Source: Octopus sinensis
Taxonomy: Eukaryota
Length of the DNA stretch: 64,000 nt
Assembly: GCF_006345805.1 (NCBI RefSeq)
Contig: NC_042997.1
Span: 164,486,001 to 164,550,000, forward strand
Direction: 5' to 3'
Part shown: piece after piece, positions 1 through 14,735 of the stretch
Position numbering within the stretch: position 1 is the stretch's first letter
How the letters are laid out: the number at the start of each line of letters is the position of its first letter
Made by a program: the position numbers and the translations under genes
Notes under the pieces: generated by a model
Databases searched by the model: none
What the model saw: the letters and a program-made list of their open reading frames with translations, nothing else
Told to the model about the DNA's origin: nothing

Positions 1-1492
1 GAATGGATGTATTAAACTTAAATGCTAAAGGTAATCTTAAATTTTTTTTTAAATTTAGTTTTTTTTTTATTAAAATTTTATTAGATAAATGAAAAATAAT
101 TTTAAAAAATAAAAAAAACCTGCCGGTTACAATTTACATCTAATGTATAACCAAATATGCTTTTGAGTCACTAAGCACAATTTTCATAGCCTGGAAAAAC
201 TATAAAGAGTGGAATATTATGGATAAAAAATAAATAATTTGAAATTTCTTTTTTTCCAACTAGTTATTAAATATAAAGAAATGAATAGTACATGCTGGAA
301 TAACAAATAGTTGGGATATGGGTGAAAAGGCACATGCCATGTCTTCCCGAAAACAAAAAGAATGGTACTGTGATGGTGCCAGTGACTGGTGTTTATAGGT
401 AGTACCTACAAATTATTATTGGTGAGAGAGATTAGAAAAATAGAAGGCAGTGAATGGAGAAGAATTATTATAAACAAGAAATTATAATAGATTAATGGCT
501 GTATTTGTTTGTAGTATGTGTTTCACTCATGACTAAAGGATATCATCAAATGTGCTGTTAAGTGTTTAAGAAAAGGACTAGGCAGGTTTTGAAATGTTCC
601 CCACATTTTAAATTTGTAAGGGATAAAAAGATAGAAAATAATCAAAAAATGTTAATCTGTTTCTTTTTTCATCATTAAAGATTACAGATTAAATATATAC
701 AAGATACATTTTATTTTCTAAATGCAAAAAAGTAAAAAAAGAAAAAAAAAACGAGTAATTATAGTTAAAGCTCTAGTATTGATCTGTAGTTTAAAAGAAT
801 TTCATAAACGCAGAAAACACACGCACGTGTGTAGGAACACAAATAAACATATAAAATAAAATACTGCAGCATAAATTTGTTTTCAAGAAATTCTGTCAAT
901 GCATGTAGGTGTCTGAGTGTATGTGTAATCAATCATCTGATAACCTTTAGATTCCCAATCATGGCTAAGCTTCCAGTTCTTTAAACTTTGCAAATTTTGC
1001 AGTTTCTGATCATTAAATACATGAACTCCCATATACCTACCATCACCACCACCAGAAAAAAAAAGTAATGCACATAAAAATGAAGAGAAAATTTTAAAAT
1101 CCTTTTAAAATCTTCCCTATTAGTTTAGCAGCCATCACACACAAACACTTATTACTGAAGGACAGAAGAGAAAATAAGGAAAAAATTTTAAAAGAAAATC
1201 TGCTTTCAAGACACATTTTTCCAAGTCCTTTTAGGAAATCTGATATCGTAAGTACTCAGTGACAGTGCAATTATCTAAAGACAGAATCATTTTCCAACCA
1301 AGAAAATTATGCAAGCTGTTTATATCTAATAACATTTAATTATTTGCCAAGAAAATATACACATAAGACACATACATCTATGTATTCTATGTGCTACTCC
1401 CTTACATGAAATATCAAAATATTTGTAGTAATAAATGAACATGAAAAAACCTGCAAGTAATCGGTGTGTGTATATATATATTGGATAGTCTA

Positions 1493-1524
<32 letters not shown>

Positions 1525-1588
1525 GTGTGTAAAACAATGTGTTTATGTGCTAGTATATAGGCATATAGATCTGTGTGAATGTGTAGGG

Positions 1589-1925
1589 ACAGGTATGGTT
1601 ATGTATTCAAGAAACTTAGCTCCCCGACAAGTTTCAGGTTAAGTCTCACAGGTGTCTACTATAGCCCCAGGTTGATTAAAGCCTTGTGAAGGAATTTGAT
1701 AAATAGAAAATGAAAGAAGCCCATTATGTGTATTCTTAAAAATGATGTGATTGTTGTAAACAAGGCATCCAAGCTGGGCCATTTGTCTCCAATCAGCCAT
1801 GGGAAAATACAGCCTTCCTTGAGACAAGGGCAGATTGGACAGAGGAAGGGCATCTAACCATAGAAAATCTATTTACTAAGAATTTTATCTGACCCATGCA
1901 AGCAAGTTAAGCAGGAATTAAAACG
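1589..1925 (+). mobile_element. Degenerate tRNA-derived SINE (type-A head with RTE-like tail)
   Basis: Head aggtatggttatgtattcaagaaacttagc; body ...actatagccccaggttgattaaagccttgtga...; tail gaagggcatctaaccatagaaaa...gacccatgcaagca, as in the 46748-47115 copy. Confidence 0.6.
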
Positions 1926-1959
1926 ACACTATGTATACAAATGATATAAATGCATGCCT

Positions 1960-2045
1960 GTGTTATTCGTGTATACACATATATATATATATTTATACAC
2001 ACACACATATATATATACATACAGATGTACATATACATATATATA

Positions 2046-2092
<47 letters not shown>

Positions 2093-2100
2093 CTTATAAA
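1960..2100. repeat. (TA)n/(CA)n microsatellite
   Basis: Directly visible; abuts the (GAT)n tail of the RTE copy. Confidence 0.95.
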
Positions 2101-2104
2101 CATA

Positions 2105-3055
2105 TACATCATCATTTAACGTCCGCTTTCCCTCTAGCATGGGTTGGACGATTTGACTACGGTCTGGTGAACCAGATGGCTGCACAAGATTCCAATCTGA
2201 TCTGGCAGAGTTTCTATAGCTGGATGCCCTTCTTAACACAAACCACTCCGAGAGTGTAGTGGGTGCTTTTATGTGCCACCGGCACGAGCGCCAGTCAGGC
2301 GGTACTGGCAATAGCCATGCTCAAATGATGCTTTTTACATTCCACCTGCACAGGAGCCAGTCCAGCGGCACTGGCAACAACCTCACTCAAATGTTTTTTC
2401 ACGTGCCACCAGCACAAGTGCCAGTAAGGTGATGCAGGTAACGATCACACTTGAATGGTGTTTTTTACATGCCACCGGCATGGAGGCCAGCTTGTTGCTC
2501 TGGCAACGATCACACTCGTATGGTACTCTTAGCGCTCCACTAGCATGGATGCCAGTCATAGAATTTGATTTCGATTTCATTTGCCTCAACAGTTCTTCAC
2601 AAGCAGAGTTTAGTATCCAATGAAGGAAAGGTACGCATAAGTGGGCTGGTTACACCCATGGCATAGGCCACAAAGTTATGGTCTCACTTGAGCTTGCAGA
2701 GTCTTCTCAAGCACAGCATATTTCCAAATATCCCGGTTACTAGTCATTTCCTCGGTGAGGCCCAATGTTTGAAGGTCATGCTTCACCACCTCATCCCAGG
2801 TCTTCCTGGATCTACCTCTTCCAAAGCTTCCCTCAACAGCTAGGGTGTGGCACTTTTTCACACAGCTATCCACATCCATTCTCGCCACATGGCCATACCA
2901 GTGCAGTCGTCTCTCTTGCACAACACATCTGATGCTTCTTAGGTCCAATGTTTCTCTCAAGGTACTAACACTATTATTGTGTATGCACATTGACATTACA
3001 CATGCATCGGAGCATACAGGCTTCATTCCTTGCGAGATTACGCATGTCCTCAGTA
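2105..3055 (-). mobile_element. 5'-truncated RTE-clade LINE: C-terminal end of the RT ORF, 3' UTR with internal ~60-bp repeats, short (GAT)n tail
   Basis: EDMRNLARNEACMLRCMCNVNVHTQ / SVSTLRETLDLRSIRCVVQERRLHWYGHVARMD...GRGRSRKTWDEVVKHDL (frameshifted). The RRL.WYGHV.RM and GRPRKTW-like motifs are typical of RTE ORF ends. Ends ...ggacgttaaatgatgatg. Confidence 0.85.
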
Positions 3056-5536
3056 GTATACATACACACATATCTATATACATACATATATATATACATA
3101 CGTACGTACGTACATACATACGTACGTACATACGTACGTACATACGTACGTACATACGTACGTACGTACGTACATACGTACGTACATACGTACGTACATA
3201 CGTACGTACATACATACGTACGTACATACGTACGTACGTACGTACATACGTACGTACGTACATACGTACGTACGTACATACGTACGTACATACGTACGTA
3301 CGTACGTACATACGTACGTACATACGTACGTACATACGTACGTACGTACATACGTACGTACGTACATACGTACGTACGTACATACGTACGTACATACGTA
3401 CGTACGTACATACGTACATACGTACGTACATACGTACGTACGTACATACGTACATACATACGTACGTACGTACATACGTACGTACGTACGTACATACGTA
3501 CGTACATACATACGTACGTACGTACATACGTACGTACGTACATACGTACGTACATACGTACGTACGTACATACGTACGTACATACGTACGTACGTACATA
3601 CGTACGTACATACGTACGTACATACGTAGTACATACGTACGTACGTACATACGTACGTACATACGTACGTAGTACATACGTACATACATACGTACGTACG
3701 TACATACGTACGTACGTACGTACATACGTACGTACATACATACGTACGTACGTACGTACATACGTACGTACGTACCGTACGTACGTACATAGTACGTACA
3801 TACGTACGTACATACGTACGTACGTACATACGTACGTACATACGTACGTACATACGTACGTACATACGTACGTACGTACATAGTACGTACGTACATACGT
3901 ACGTACGACGTATAATACGTACGTACGTACGTACAACGTACGTAACGTACATACGTACGTACGTACGTACTACGTACATACGTACGTACATACGGTACGT
4001 ACGTACGACATACGTACGTACGTACATACGTACGTACGTACATACGTACGTAACATACGTACGTACGTACGTACGTACGTACATACGTACGTACGTACAT
4101 ACGTACGTACGTACGTACGTACGTACATACGTACATACATAGTACGACGTACGTACATACGTACGTACATACGTACGTACATACATACGTACGTACGTAC
4201 ATACGTACGTACGTACATACGTACGTACATACGTACGTACGTACATACGTACGTACATACGTACGTACATACGTACGTACATACGTACGTACATACGTAC
4301 GTACGTACATACGTACGTACGTACATACGTACGTACATACGTACGTACGTACATACGTACGTACGTACATACGTACGTACGTACGTACGTACATACGTAC
4401 GTACGTACGTACGTACATACGTACATACGTACGTACATACGTACGTACATACGTACATACGTACGTACGTACGTACATACGTACGTACGTACGTACATAC
4501 GTACGTACATACGTACGTACATACGTACGTACGTACGTACATACGTACGTACATACGTACGTACGTACATACGTACGTACGTACGTACATACATACGTAC
4601 GTACGTACATACGTACGTACATACGTACGTACGTACGTACATACGTACGTACGTACGTACATACGTACGTACATACGTACATACGTACGTACATACGTAC
4701 ATACGTACGTACATACGTACATACGTACGTACATACGTACATACGTACGTACGTACATACGTACGTACATACGTACATACGTACATACGTACGTACGTAC
4801 GTACATACGTACGTACGTACGTACGTACGTACATACGTACGTACGTACGTACGCCATACTACGTACTACGTACGTACGTACGTACAACATACGTACGTAC
4901 ATACATACGTACGTACGTACGTACGTACATACATACGTACGTACGTACGTACGTACATACATACGTACGTACGTACGTACATACGTACGTACATACATAC
5001 GTACGTACATACATACGTACGTACATACGTACGTACATACATACGTACGTACATACGTACGTACGTACATACATACGTACGTACATACATACGTACGTAC
5101 ATACATACGTACGTACGTACGTACATACGTACGTACATACATACGTACATACATACATACGTACATACATACATACGTACGTACGTACATACATACGTAC
5201 GTACATACATACATACATACGTACGTACGTACATACATACGTACGTCATACATACATACATACATACATACAACATACGTAGTACGTACATACATACATA
5301 CGTACGTACATACATACGTACGCACATACGTACGTACGCACATACGTACGTACGTACGTACGTACGCACATACGCACGTACGTACGTACGCACATACGTA
5401 CGTACGTACGTACGTACGTACATACGTACGCACGCACGCACATACGTACGTACGTACATACGTACGCACGCACGCACATACGTACGTACGCACATACGTA
5501 CGTACGCACGTGCGTACGTACGTACGTGCGTGCGTA

Positions 5537-5568
<32 letters not shown>

Positions 5569-8500
5569 CATACGTACGTACATACGCACGCACGCACATA
5601 CGTACGTACATACATACGTACGTACATACGTACATACGTACGTACATACGTACGTACGTACGTACATACGTACGTACGTACGTACATACGTACGTACATA
5701 CGTACGTACGTTAGTACGTACGTACGTACGTACGTACATACGTACGTACGTACGTACGTACGTACGTACGTACGTACATACGTACGTACGTACGTACATA
5801 CGTACGTACATACGTACGTACATACGTACGTACATACGTACGTACGTACATACGTACGTACATACGTACATACGTACGTACATACGTACGTACGTACATA
5901 CGTACGTACGTACGTACGTACATACATACGTACGTACGTACATACATACGTACGTACGTACATACATACGTATGTACATACATACATACATATGTACATA
6001 TATACATACATACATACATATGTACATACATACATACATATGTACATACATACATACATACATATGTACATACATACATACATATGTACATACATACATA
6101 CATATGTACATACATATGTACATACATACATATGTACATACATACATACATATGTACATACATACATACATATGTATATACATACATACACACATACACA
6201 TACATACGTATGTACACACATACATACGTATGTACACACATACATACGTACATACATACATACGTACATACATACATACGTATGTACATACATACATACA
6301 TACGTATGTACATACGTATGTACATACATACATACATACGTATGTACATACGTATGTACATACATACATACGTATATACATACATACATACATACATACA
6401 TACATACATACATACATACATACGTATATACATACATACATACGTATATACATACATACATACGTATATACATACATACATACGTATATACATACATACA
6501 TACGTATATACATACATACATACGTATATACATACATACATACGTATATACATACATACATACGTATATACATACATACATACGTATATACATACATACA
6601 TACGTATATACATACGTATATACATACATACATACGTATATACATACGTATATACATACATACGTACATACGTATATACATACATACATACGTATATACG
6701 TATATACATACATACATACATACGTATATACGTACGTACATACATACATACGTATATACATACGTATATACATACATACATACGTATATACGTACGTACA
6801 TACATACATACGTATATACATACATACATACATACATACGTATATACATACATACATACATACATACATACGTACATACATACGTATATACATACATACA
6901 TACATACATACGTACATACATACGTATATACATACATACATACATACATACGTATATACATACATACATACATACATACATACGTATATACATACATACA
7001 TACATACGTATATACATACATATGTATATACATACATACATACATACATATGTATATACATACATACGTATATACATACATACATACATATGTATATACA
7101 TACATATGTATATACATACATATGTATATACATACATATGTACATACATACATATGTATATACATACATATGTATATACATACATATGTATATACATACA
7201 TACATACATATGTATATACATACATATGTATATACATACATACATACATATGTATATACATACATACGTATATACATACATACATACATATGTATATACA
7301 TACATATGTATATACATACATATGTATATACATACATATGTACATACATACATATGTATATACATACATATGTATATACATACATATGTATATACATACA
7401 TACATACATATGTATATACATACATATGTATATACATACATACATACATATGTATATACATACATACATACATATGTATATACATACATATGTATATACA
7501 TACATATGTATATACATACATGTGTATATACATACATATGTATATACATACATATGTATATACATACATATGTATATACATACATATGTATATACATACA
7601 TATGTATATACATACATATGTATATACATACATACATACATATGTATATACATACATACATACATATGTATATACATACATACATACATATGTATATACA
7701 TACATACGTATATATGTATATACATACATACATACATATGTATATACATACATACGTATATATGTATATACATACATACGTATATATGTATATACATACA
7801 TACGTATATACATACATACATACGTATATATGTATATACATACATACGTATATACATACATACATACGTATATATGTATATGCATACATACGTATATACA
7901 TACATACGTATATACATACATACATACGTATATACATACATACATACATACATATGTATATACATACATACGTATATACATACATACATACATACATATG
8001 TATATACATACATACATATGTATATACATACATACATATGTATATACATACATACATACATACATACATATGTATATACATACATACATACATACATATG
8101 TATACACATATGTATATACATACATACATATGTATATACATATGTATATACATACATACATATGTATATACATATGTATATACATACATACATATGTATA
8201 TACATATGTATATACATACATACATATGTATATACATATGTATATACATACATACATATGTATATACATATGTATATACATACATACATATGTATATACA
8301 TATGTATATACATACATACATATGTATATACATATGTATATACATACATACATTGTATATACATATGTATATACATACATACATATGTATATACATATGT
8401 ATATACATACATACATATGTATATACATATGTATATACATACATACATATGTATATACATACATACATACATATGTATATACATACATACATACATATGT

Positions 8501-9140
8501 ATATACATACATACATACATATGTATATACATACATACATACATATGTATATGCATACATACATACATATGTATATACATACATACATACATATGTATAT
8601 ACATACATACATATGTATATACATACATACATATGTATATACATACATACATATGTATATACATACATACGTATATACATACATACATACGTATATACAT
8701 ACATACATATGTATATACATACATACATATGTATATACATACATACATATGTATATACATACATACATATGTATATACATACATACATATGTATATACAT
8801 ACATACATATGTATATACATACATACATATGTATATACATACATACATATGTATATACATACATACATATGTATATACATACATACGTATATACATACAT
8901 ATATACATACGTAAATACATACATATATACATACGTAAATACATACATATATACATACGTAAATACATACATATATACATACGTAAATACATACATATAT
9001 ACATACGTAATTACATACATATATACATACGTAAATACATACATAAATAAATAAATACATACATAAATAAATAAATACATACATACGTAAATACATAAAT
9101 AAATACATACATAAATAAATAAATACATACATATATATAT
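3056..9140. repeat. ~6.1-kb compound tetranucleotide satellite: TACG/TACA, then CATA with CGTATATA, then TGTATATA, then TAAA
   Basis: Directly visible; source of all the YVRT/YICM ORFs. Confidence 0.97.
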
Positions 9141-9579
9141 AAATAATATTAATATGTATAATTGTGTGAATATATGCAGGCTTGTGTGTGTATAATGATC
9201 AGGAATGTATGCATCCACTGTAGTACAAAATTTATCAATTCCCCACTAGCATCACCTTAGTCTCAAAAATAGACTACGATGTTGTCAGGACAACTATCAA
9301 TGGTTTCTAGTGTTTAACCTTCCACCAGCCAGCTCCAGAACCTATGCTCTTACTGTTTGTTTCTTCATAATTTTCTTATACCATTTCCCTTTTTTTTTTT
9401 TATATCTCTATATCCTTTTTTTCCCTTAAATCTTTAGTTAATATTAGAGCAAATTTGAATTTGGAATTCATATTTCAAAAATTCCTGCTGTGATTCTCAC
9501 ACTATATAATTACATGTAATTGTAATGTAACATAAGAGTTATTGAGATATATTGAAATATCACTGTTTATATATATATA

Positions 9580-9619
<40 letters not shown>

Positions 9620-12600
9620 CAGTATGCTGACTTTTACAAACACTTATCTCAATAAGCCTAACTAATCATAGATTCTCCCTTATTGACAGAAGTGCATTAA
9701 GATTCAAATCCCTTTTCACAGAATTAAAAGGGGGGGCATGTATATGTGATCATTAAATTCAGCATACTAAAGTATTTTTATGTTTGGGTCATTATTATGT
9801 TGTTATGGAATTAAACTTGGAGATATACTTTCATATCTTCAGCAATCTGAGATTTTTCAGAAAAGTTTTAATTTTCAACATGAATATACTTTGATAAACT
9901 GATTTTCTCAAGTTTTTCACATATTGAGGTATTTATTAGCAGAAATTAGCTACCCCCATGTTTGCCAAAAAAATCTCCTATACAGTTCAGCTATAGGTCG
10001 TTAATCTGAGTGGGTTTGCTTATTACACTGTACTGCTTAGAACTGAAGTAAATAATCATGTCCCAGCATACTAATCATTTTAACGTTGCTGTTTTAATGT
10101 ATTCACAAATGCATCAAACTGTTTACAGAAAAGAGTATACTCTATCAGCTCCACCTGAAAGGCAGCTGTTCAATTTTACAAATTCATATTTGAAAAGATA
10201 AATTACAAAATGTGTGTGTGTGGAAGGCAAAGGCTATACAGTTTGGCAGAAACGTTTGAATAAGCAATTTTCCAAGTTTTGTAAATTCTCTTTAAGTATG
10301 GGGGTCACAAATGATATACAGAAAGTTTGCCAAACGACTATGTCATCAATATTGATTGCCATGTCAGTTTTTAAGAACTAAAAAATTCATTTTTTAAAAT
10401 ACCAATTTTCACCATGTTTTGTAGCCAGAGTGACAAAACGGCAGTGACATGTGTTTTCAGAAAATGTTTTGCATTTGCAACTTCTAAACTTTCGTAGTAT
10501 ATGGGATGAGAGCAGGGCCTTTATTCATTTTCCCTCAATTACTATTGTCCTTTATAAGAAAAATAAAATATGAAGTCTTACATTTAAAGTTCAACAAATA
10601 AGCAATTGCCATAAAGTTAACAAGTTATAAATGCATCAAATCACGTTCCTCAACCCTTACTCTAGCTTTATGGTTTGATAAAAACATCTGAATAGGAGAT
10701 ACGATGAAGTGGGCTGCTATAAGAGATAGCAATTCTGTATTCAAATTCTATTGAATGTCTGACTTTCTTTTCTATTCCTCAAGCTATATACCAGAAAGAT
10801 ACTGGAAACAGAATCTTTGGCAATTATAGTGCTATTTAAAAACATTGCGCTATCAAGAAGTTGTCACAATGATTGACTCAGTCAGTTATTTCACTCACAA
10901 GATATATTATGGAATTGTTGAACCATACACAAAATAGTGCAAGAAAAGCAAGAATCTGCTTGGATAAATGTTTGCCAGAGAACATTCAAAAATTTTTAAA
11001 AACCGCACTTCGTGAAAATCCTTTAAAAGAAGATATTTGATGCCGACAAAAGTATCACACCGATAACCAATTATTAGTGAGAATTCTATCTTAGAATTTT
11101 TTATGGTATAACCACCAAGAGCTATATTTAACAAGATGGTTAACTTCAGCTGGTTCTAATAATTCAAACATTGAGACAGAGGCTTTAGCAATCATACAAA
11201 TAACAAACAGTGCTCATCCTTAATTTACTTGACAGGAAATTCATATTTAACCAATATAAAGAACTTCCAAGGGTTATACCTGAAGATACAGAGGTGTACC
11301 ATCCAGTTCATAATATAATTTTGAAATTACATATATTAAGAGAAGTACAATTCCTCATTTAAATGTGTCTTAATTACAATTTAGATTACAAATGGAGGAT
11401 TTTGAGGAGGGGTGATGTTGATAAGGAACTGATGAGTTGCATCTTGATCAACAAACTTTGGAAGCAGTGTGCAATTTGATACTGGGCAAAATCATTTTCA
11501 GAATAGAAAGAAATACTGGAGTAGCTGCTCCTAGCAATCTCAGTGTTCTGCAAAAGATATATAATAATGAAATTATTGTATACAGTGCTCAAGCCAATCA
11601 TTAAATGTATTCAAGGCATCACTGGTACATGAATTTGTCTGAAGCATCATGGCTTGGCTGATCGTGCAATGACAAGAACTACATACAGCTATGTATGTGA
11701 TCCTAAAAGTATACAGATAAGCAATTTTCAAAAGAACCAATTTCATTTGTGGCCTACAGAGTTAGATCCTTGCACTCATATAGATTAGGCCTTTATTAAT
11801 TAAAATGAAGCTTGTCTAGGAGGCTTCTTTTTCAAGATGGCCAAGAGTTATTATGCTTCTAATAGAAAGCACCTGGCCATAAACAGTAATTTTCTCTCAT
11901 AATAGTGTGTTAGGGTTTTAATGTCAGATGACAACACCCCTAAATTTGATGATCAAAACTTTTGTTCTTAACTACAGAAAATAGCAATGTTACCAAAATT
12001 GAAATAGGTTTGCAAAACAGAGGACTTAAAGAATTGACTTAAGATTGAAGGTGTTTTCCTTCAGTAAAGTGGGGTACTAGAATCTCTCTCACTTTTGTTC
12101 AGCTTTCCTATGATCCATCAGGTTAACAGGCTAGGACTTTCTACTTTGATGGAATATCATATCCATGTACCTTTGACTATGAAGAAATAATTCAACACTA
12201 GAAGTGGAAAACTTTGTAATGCAAACTAGAAACAATATAATTATGACAAGAAATGGGACTGGAATTTAGTTTAAGCCTAAACATGAGACAACTGAAACAA
12301 GTGAGGATGATGGCAAAAAGCAACAACATTGTTTATTTTTAGAAGTGGAGAAGCACCCATGATTATGATGTGTAACAACAGGATCAAATTTATAGTGCAG
12401 AAGTCTTTAGGAATACTCAGTCTATCTGGGGTATAAAGCATTTAAGTTAAAGGGAGATGTGAAATATTAGTATTAAAAGCAAGGTGCAAAACTTTACCAT
12501 GAATATCATATGTTGTGAATATTGTATATTGCAAAATAAGTCATTGATATGTTAATACTGCAACATATTTTTATGAGTTTGCATATGGTTAGGTATATTC

Positions 12601-14367
12601 AAAGTGGTTATTAGTTCCATAGGTCGACCTCTTAGTTTACTGAAACTTCTGAATGTACAAGATTACATGTAAACCAATGTTCCCACATTTTGCTGTGGGT
12701 GTGCACAGTAATTTGCATTTGTGTGCTAATTTTGTCTTCTTTGCAAAACATGTATCCATGCAAGTAACCATTACTCAAATCTTAATTAAAAAAAAAAAAA
12801 AGAAAAAATTCTCCTTGGAAATGTTTAGTGCATACACAACAGTACACAGCTTAGAGGGAACACTGGTGTGAACAAAATATTTTGCTTAATTCTGTACAAC
12901 TAATTTAAAATTAAACTGGTGAATACTATATACTGTGTATAAATGGAGAGTCCATTCATTGTGTTAAACAAATCAAGTAAGCCAAAATGTGGAGGGAACA
13001 AGTAGATTGAACTTATTTATAGTGTAGGGACAACACCAAAACTAGCCCCATTTAAGATGATAAATTTTTGGTTATCTGACTGAAACCACTCAAAAGTGTA
13101 CATGCATGTGTATATAGTACACACACGTGTATTGGAGGGGATTTGTTTTAGTAAAAAGACTAAATTATACATATACACATACATATACATGTAACTGGTG
13201 GTGGCAGTAAGGCTATAGTTTAAGAAATGAATGAGCAAAGACAAGGGAAAAAAAAGAAAAGAGGATGTATGAGAGAGAAGAGGGCTAAACTATATATTTA
13301 CATATTAGGAAAATTAAAACAAACAACCTATTTAAAATCATTATCCATTAATAGATTGCATTAGTGTTGATTAGTAATACATATTAAGGATTTCAAATAC
13401 CTTGCTAAGTACTAGCAAACTTAACTGGCTGTAAGCATGCTGAGTAATTCATTATTTAAGGTTGGCAGCATTATATTCCAAAACAGAATATGCATGCATT
13501 CATTATACAATGTAATTTTGGTTCATGCTAAACATCAGTGAGCAATCTTAGCAATAAAAAATCATCGGATTAGATTACTATTAAAAGGGGAATTTAACAA
13601 CTTCTGCCATTATAGAAACACATACATAATAACTAACCTAATCTCATTAAAACTATTTGCTAAAGTACAACAAATATTATTTGCTATAATTTATATACAT
13701 CAAAACTATTTAAAGTATTTGGTTTCTTAACACTACCAACAACTTTTTAAAAAATGATTCTTGACTAAAGATTATAATCATAGTTAAGTAGGGAGAAAAA
13801 AATGTGGAAATCTATATACTTGTAAAATATAGCCTCCCAGTCTTTTGAAATAATTTCACAACCTAAATTTGCTTTATGAAAACTTAAGACAAGATTCCCT
13901 TAATGCGTAAGAAAAGCATGAAGAAATACTGGAAGTCAAAATACCTAAACTTTGCATATTTCAGTATAAAGAAGAAAAAAAAGAAAAAAACCCACCAATG
14001 TCTAACTAAAGCCAGTAAAAACACTCCAACAACACACACGCAAAAATATAACACAATGTGTATATATACACACAGAACAGTCTCACAGCCTCAAAAAAGC
14101 TTGTCAAAGAAACCTGTGTAATAAAAATGCAGCTTTTCAGAATGCTGGCAGCAAATTGTCAGACACATTGCATCTGGCCTCCTCTGCTGACAACATTCTG
14201 AGGAAGTTTTCTGCTTTTATTTCTAACAAACATGTCTCTTTGAGAAGTTTCTTTGTGACAAAATATTTGAGCTAACACTATTCCACATTTGTACATACAT
14301 TATAAATATTATACACAATGTTGCTTTAATCTAATGCTGCTTCAAGAGTACATTTTGATCACACACA

Positions 14368-14735
14368 GGCATGGCTGTGTGGTCAAGAAGTTTGCTTCAC
14401 AACCACATAGTTCCTGGTTCAGTTCCACAGCATGGCACCTTGGGTAATCATCTACTGTAGCCTCAGGCCGACCAAGACCATGTAAGCGGATTTGAGAGAC
14501 AGAAACTGAAAGAATCCCATCATGTCTGTGTGTGCATGTGTGTCCCCATCACTGCTTGACCACTGGTGTTAGTGTGTGTCCCTGTAACTTGCCAGGTCAG
14601 CAAAAGGGACCAATAGAATAAGTACTAGACTTAAAAGCAAAAGTCCTGGGGACAATTTGTTCGACTAAGACCCTTGAAGGCGGTGCCCCAGCAAGGCTAC
14701 AGTCAAATGACTGAAACACGATAAAAGGTAAAAGA
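14368..14735 (+). mobile_element. Full-length tRNA-derived SINE (type-A head, GT-rich middle, tail ...gtcaaatgactgaaac..taaaaga)
   Basis: Head ggcatggctgtgtggtcaagaagtttgcttcacaaccacatagttcctggttcagttcc carries Pol III A/B-box-like motifs; the same head recurs many times in the window. Confidence 0.8.

Noticed and set aside
2676-9218. Very long ORFs (up to 1720 aa) of YVRT/YICM/HTYI repeats
   Set aside because: These tetranucleotide repeats lack stop codons in most frames. Only the RTE-derived tail of the 2676-4778 ORF is protein-like.
11386-11601. ORF with a good-looking acceptor (cttttgcag|) in the T-box intron
   Set aside because: No frame resembles the RXR hinge or LBD; the phase-1 frame stops.
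14368-14450. tRNA-like sequences at SINE heads (also 21530-21607 and 41379-41440)
   Set aside because: No complete cloverleaf; they continue into SINE bodies, so they are not tRNA genes.
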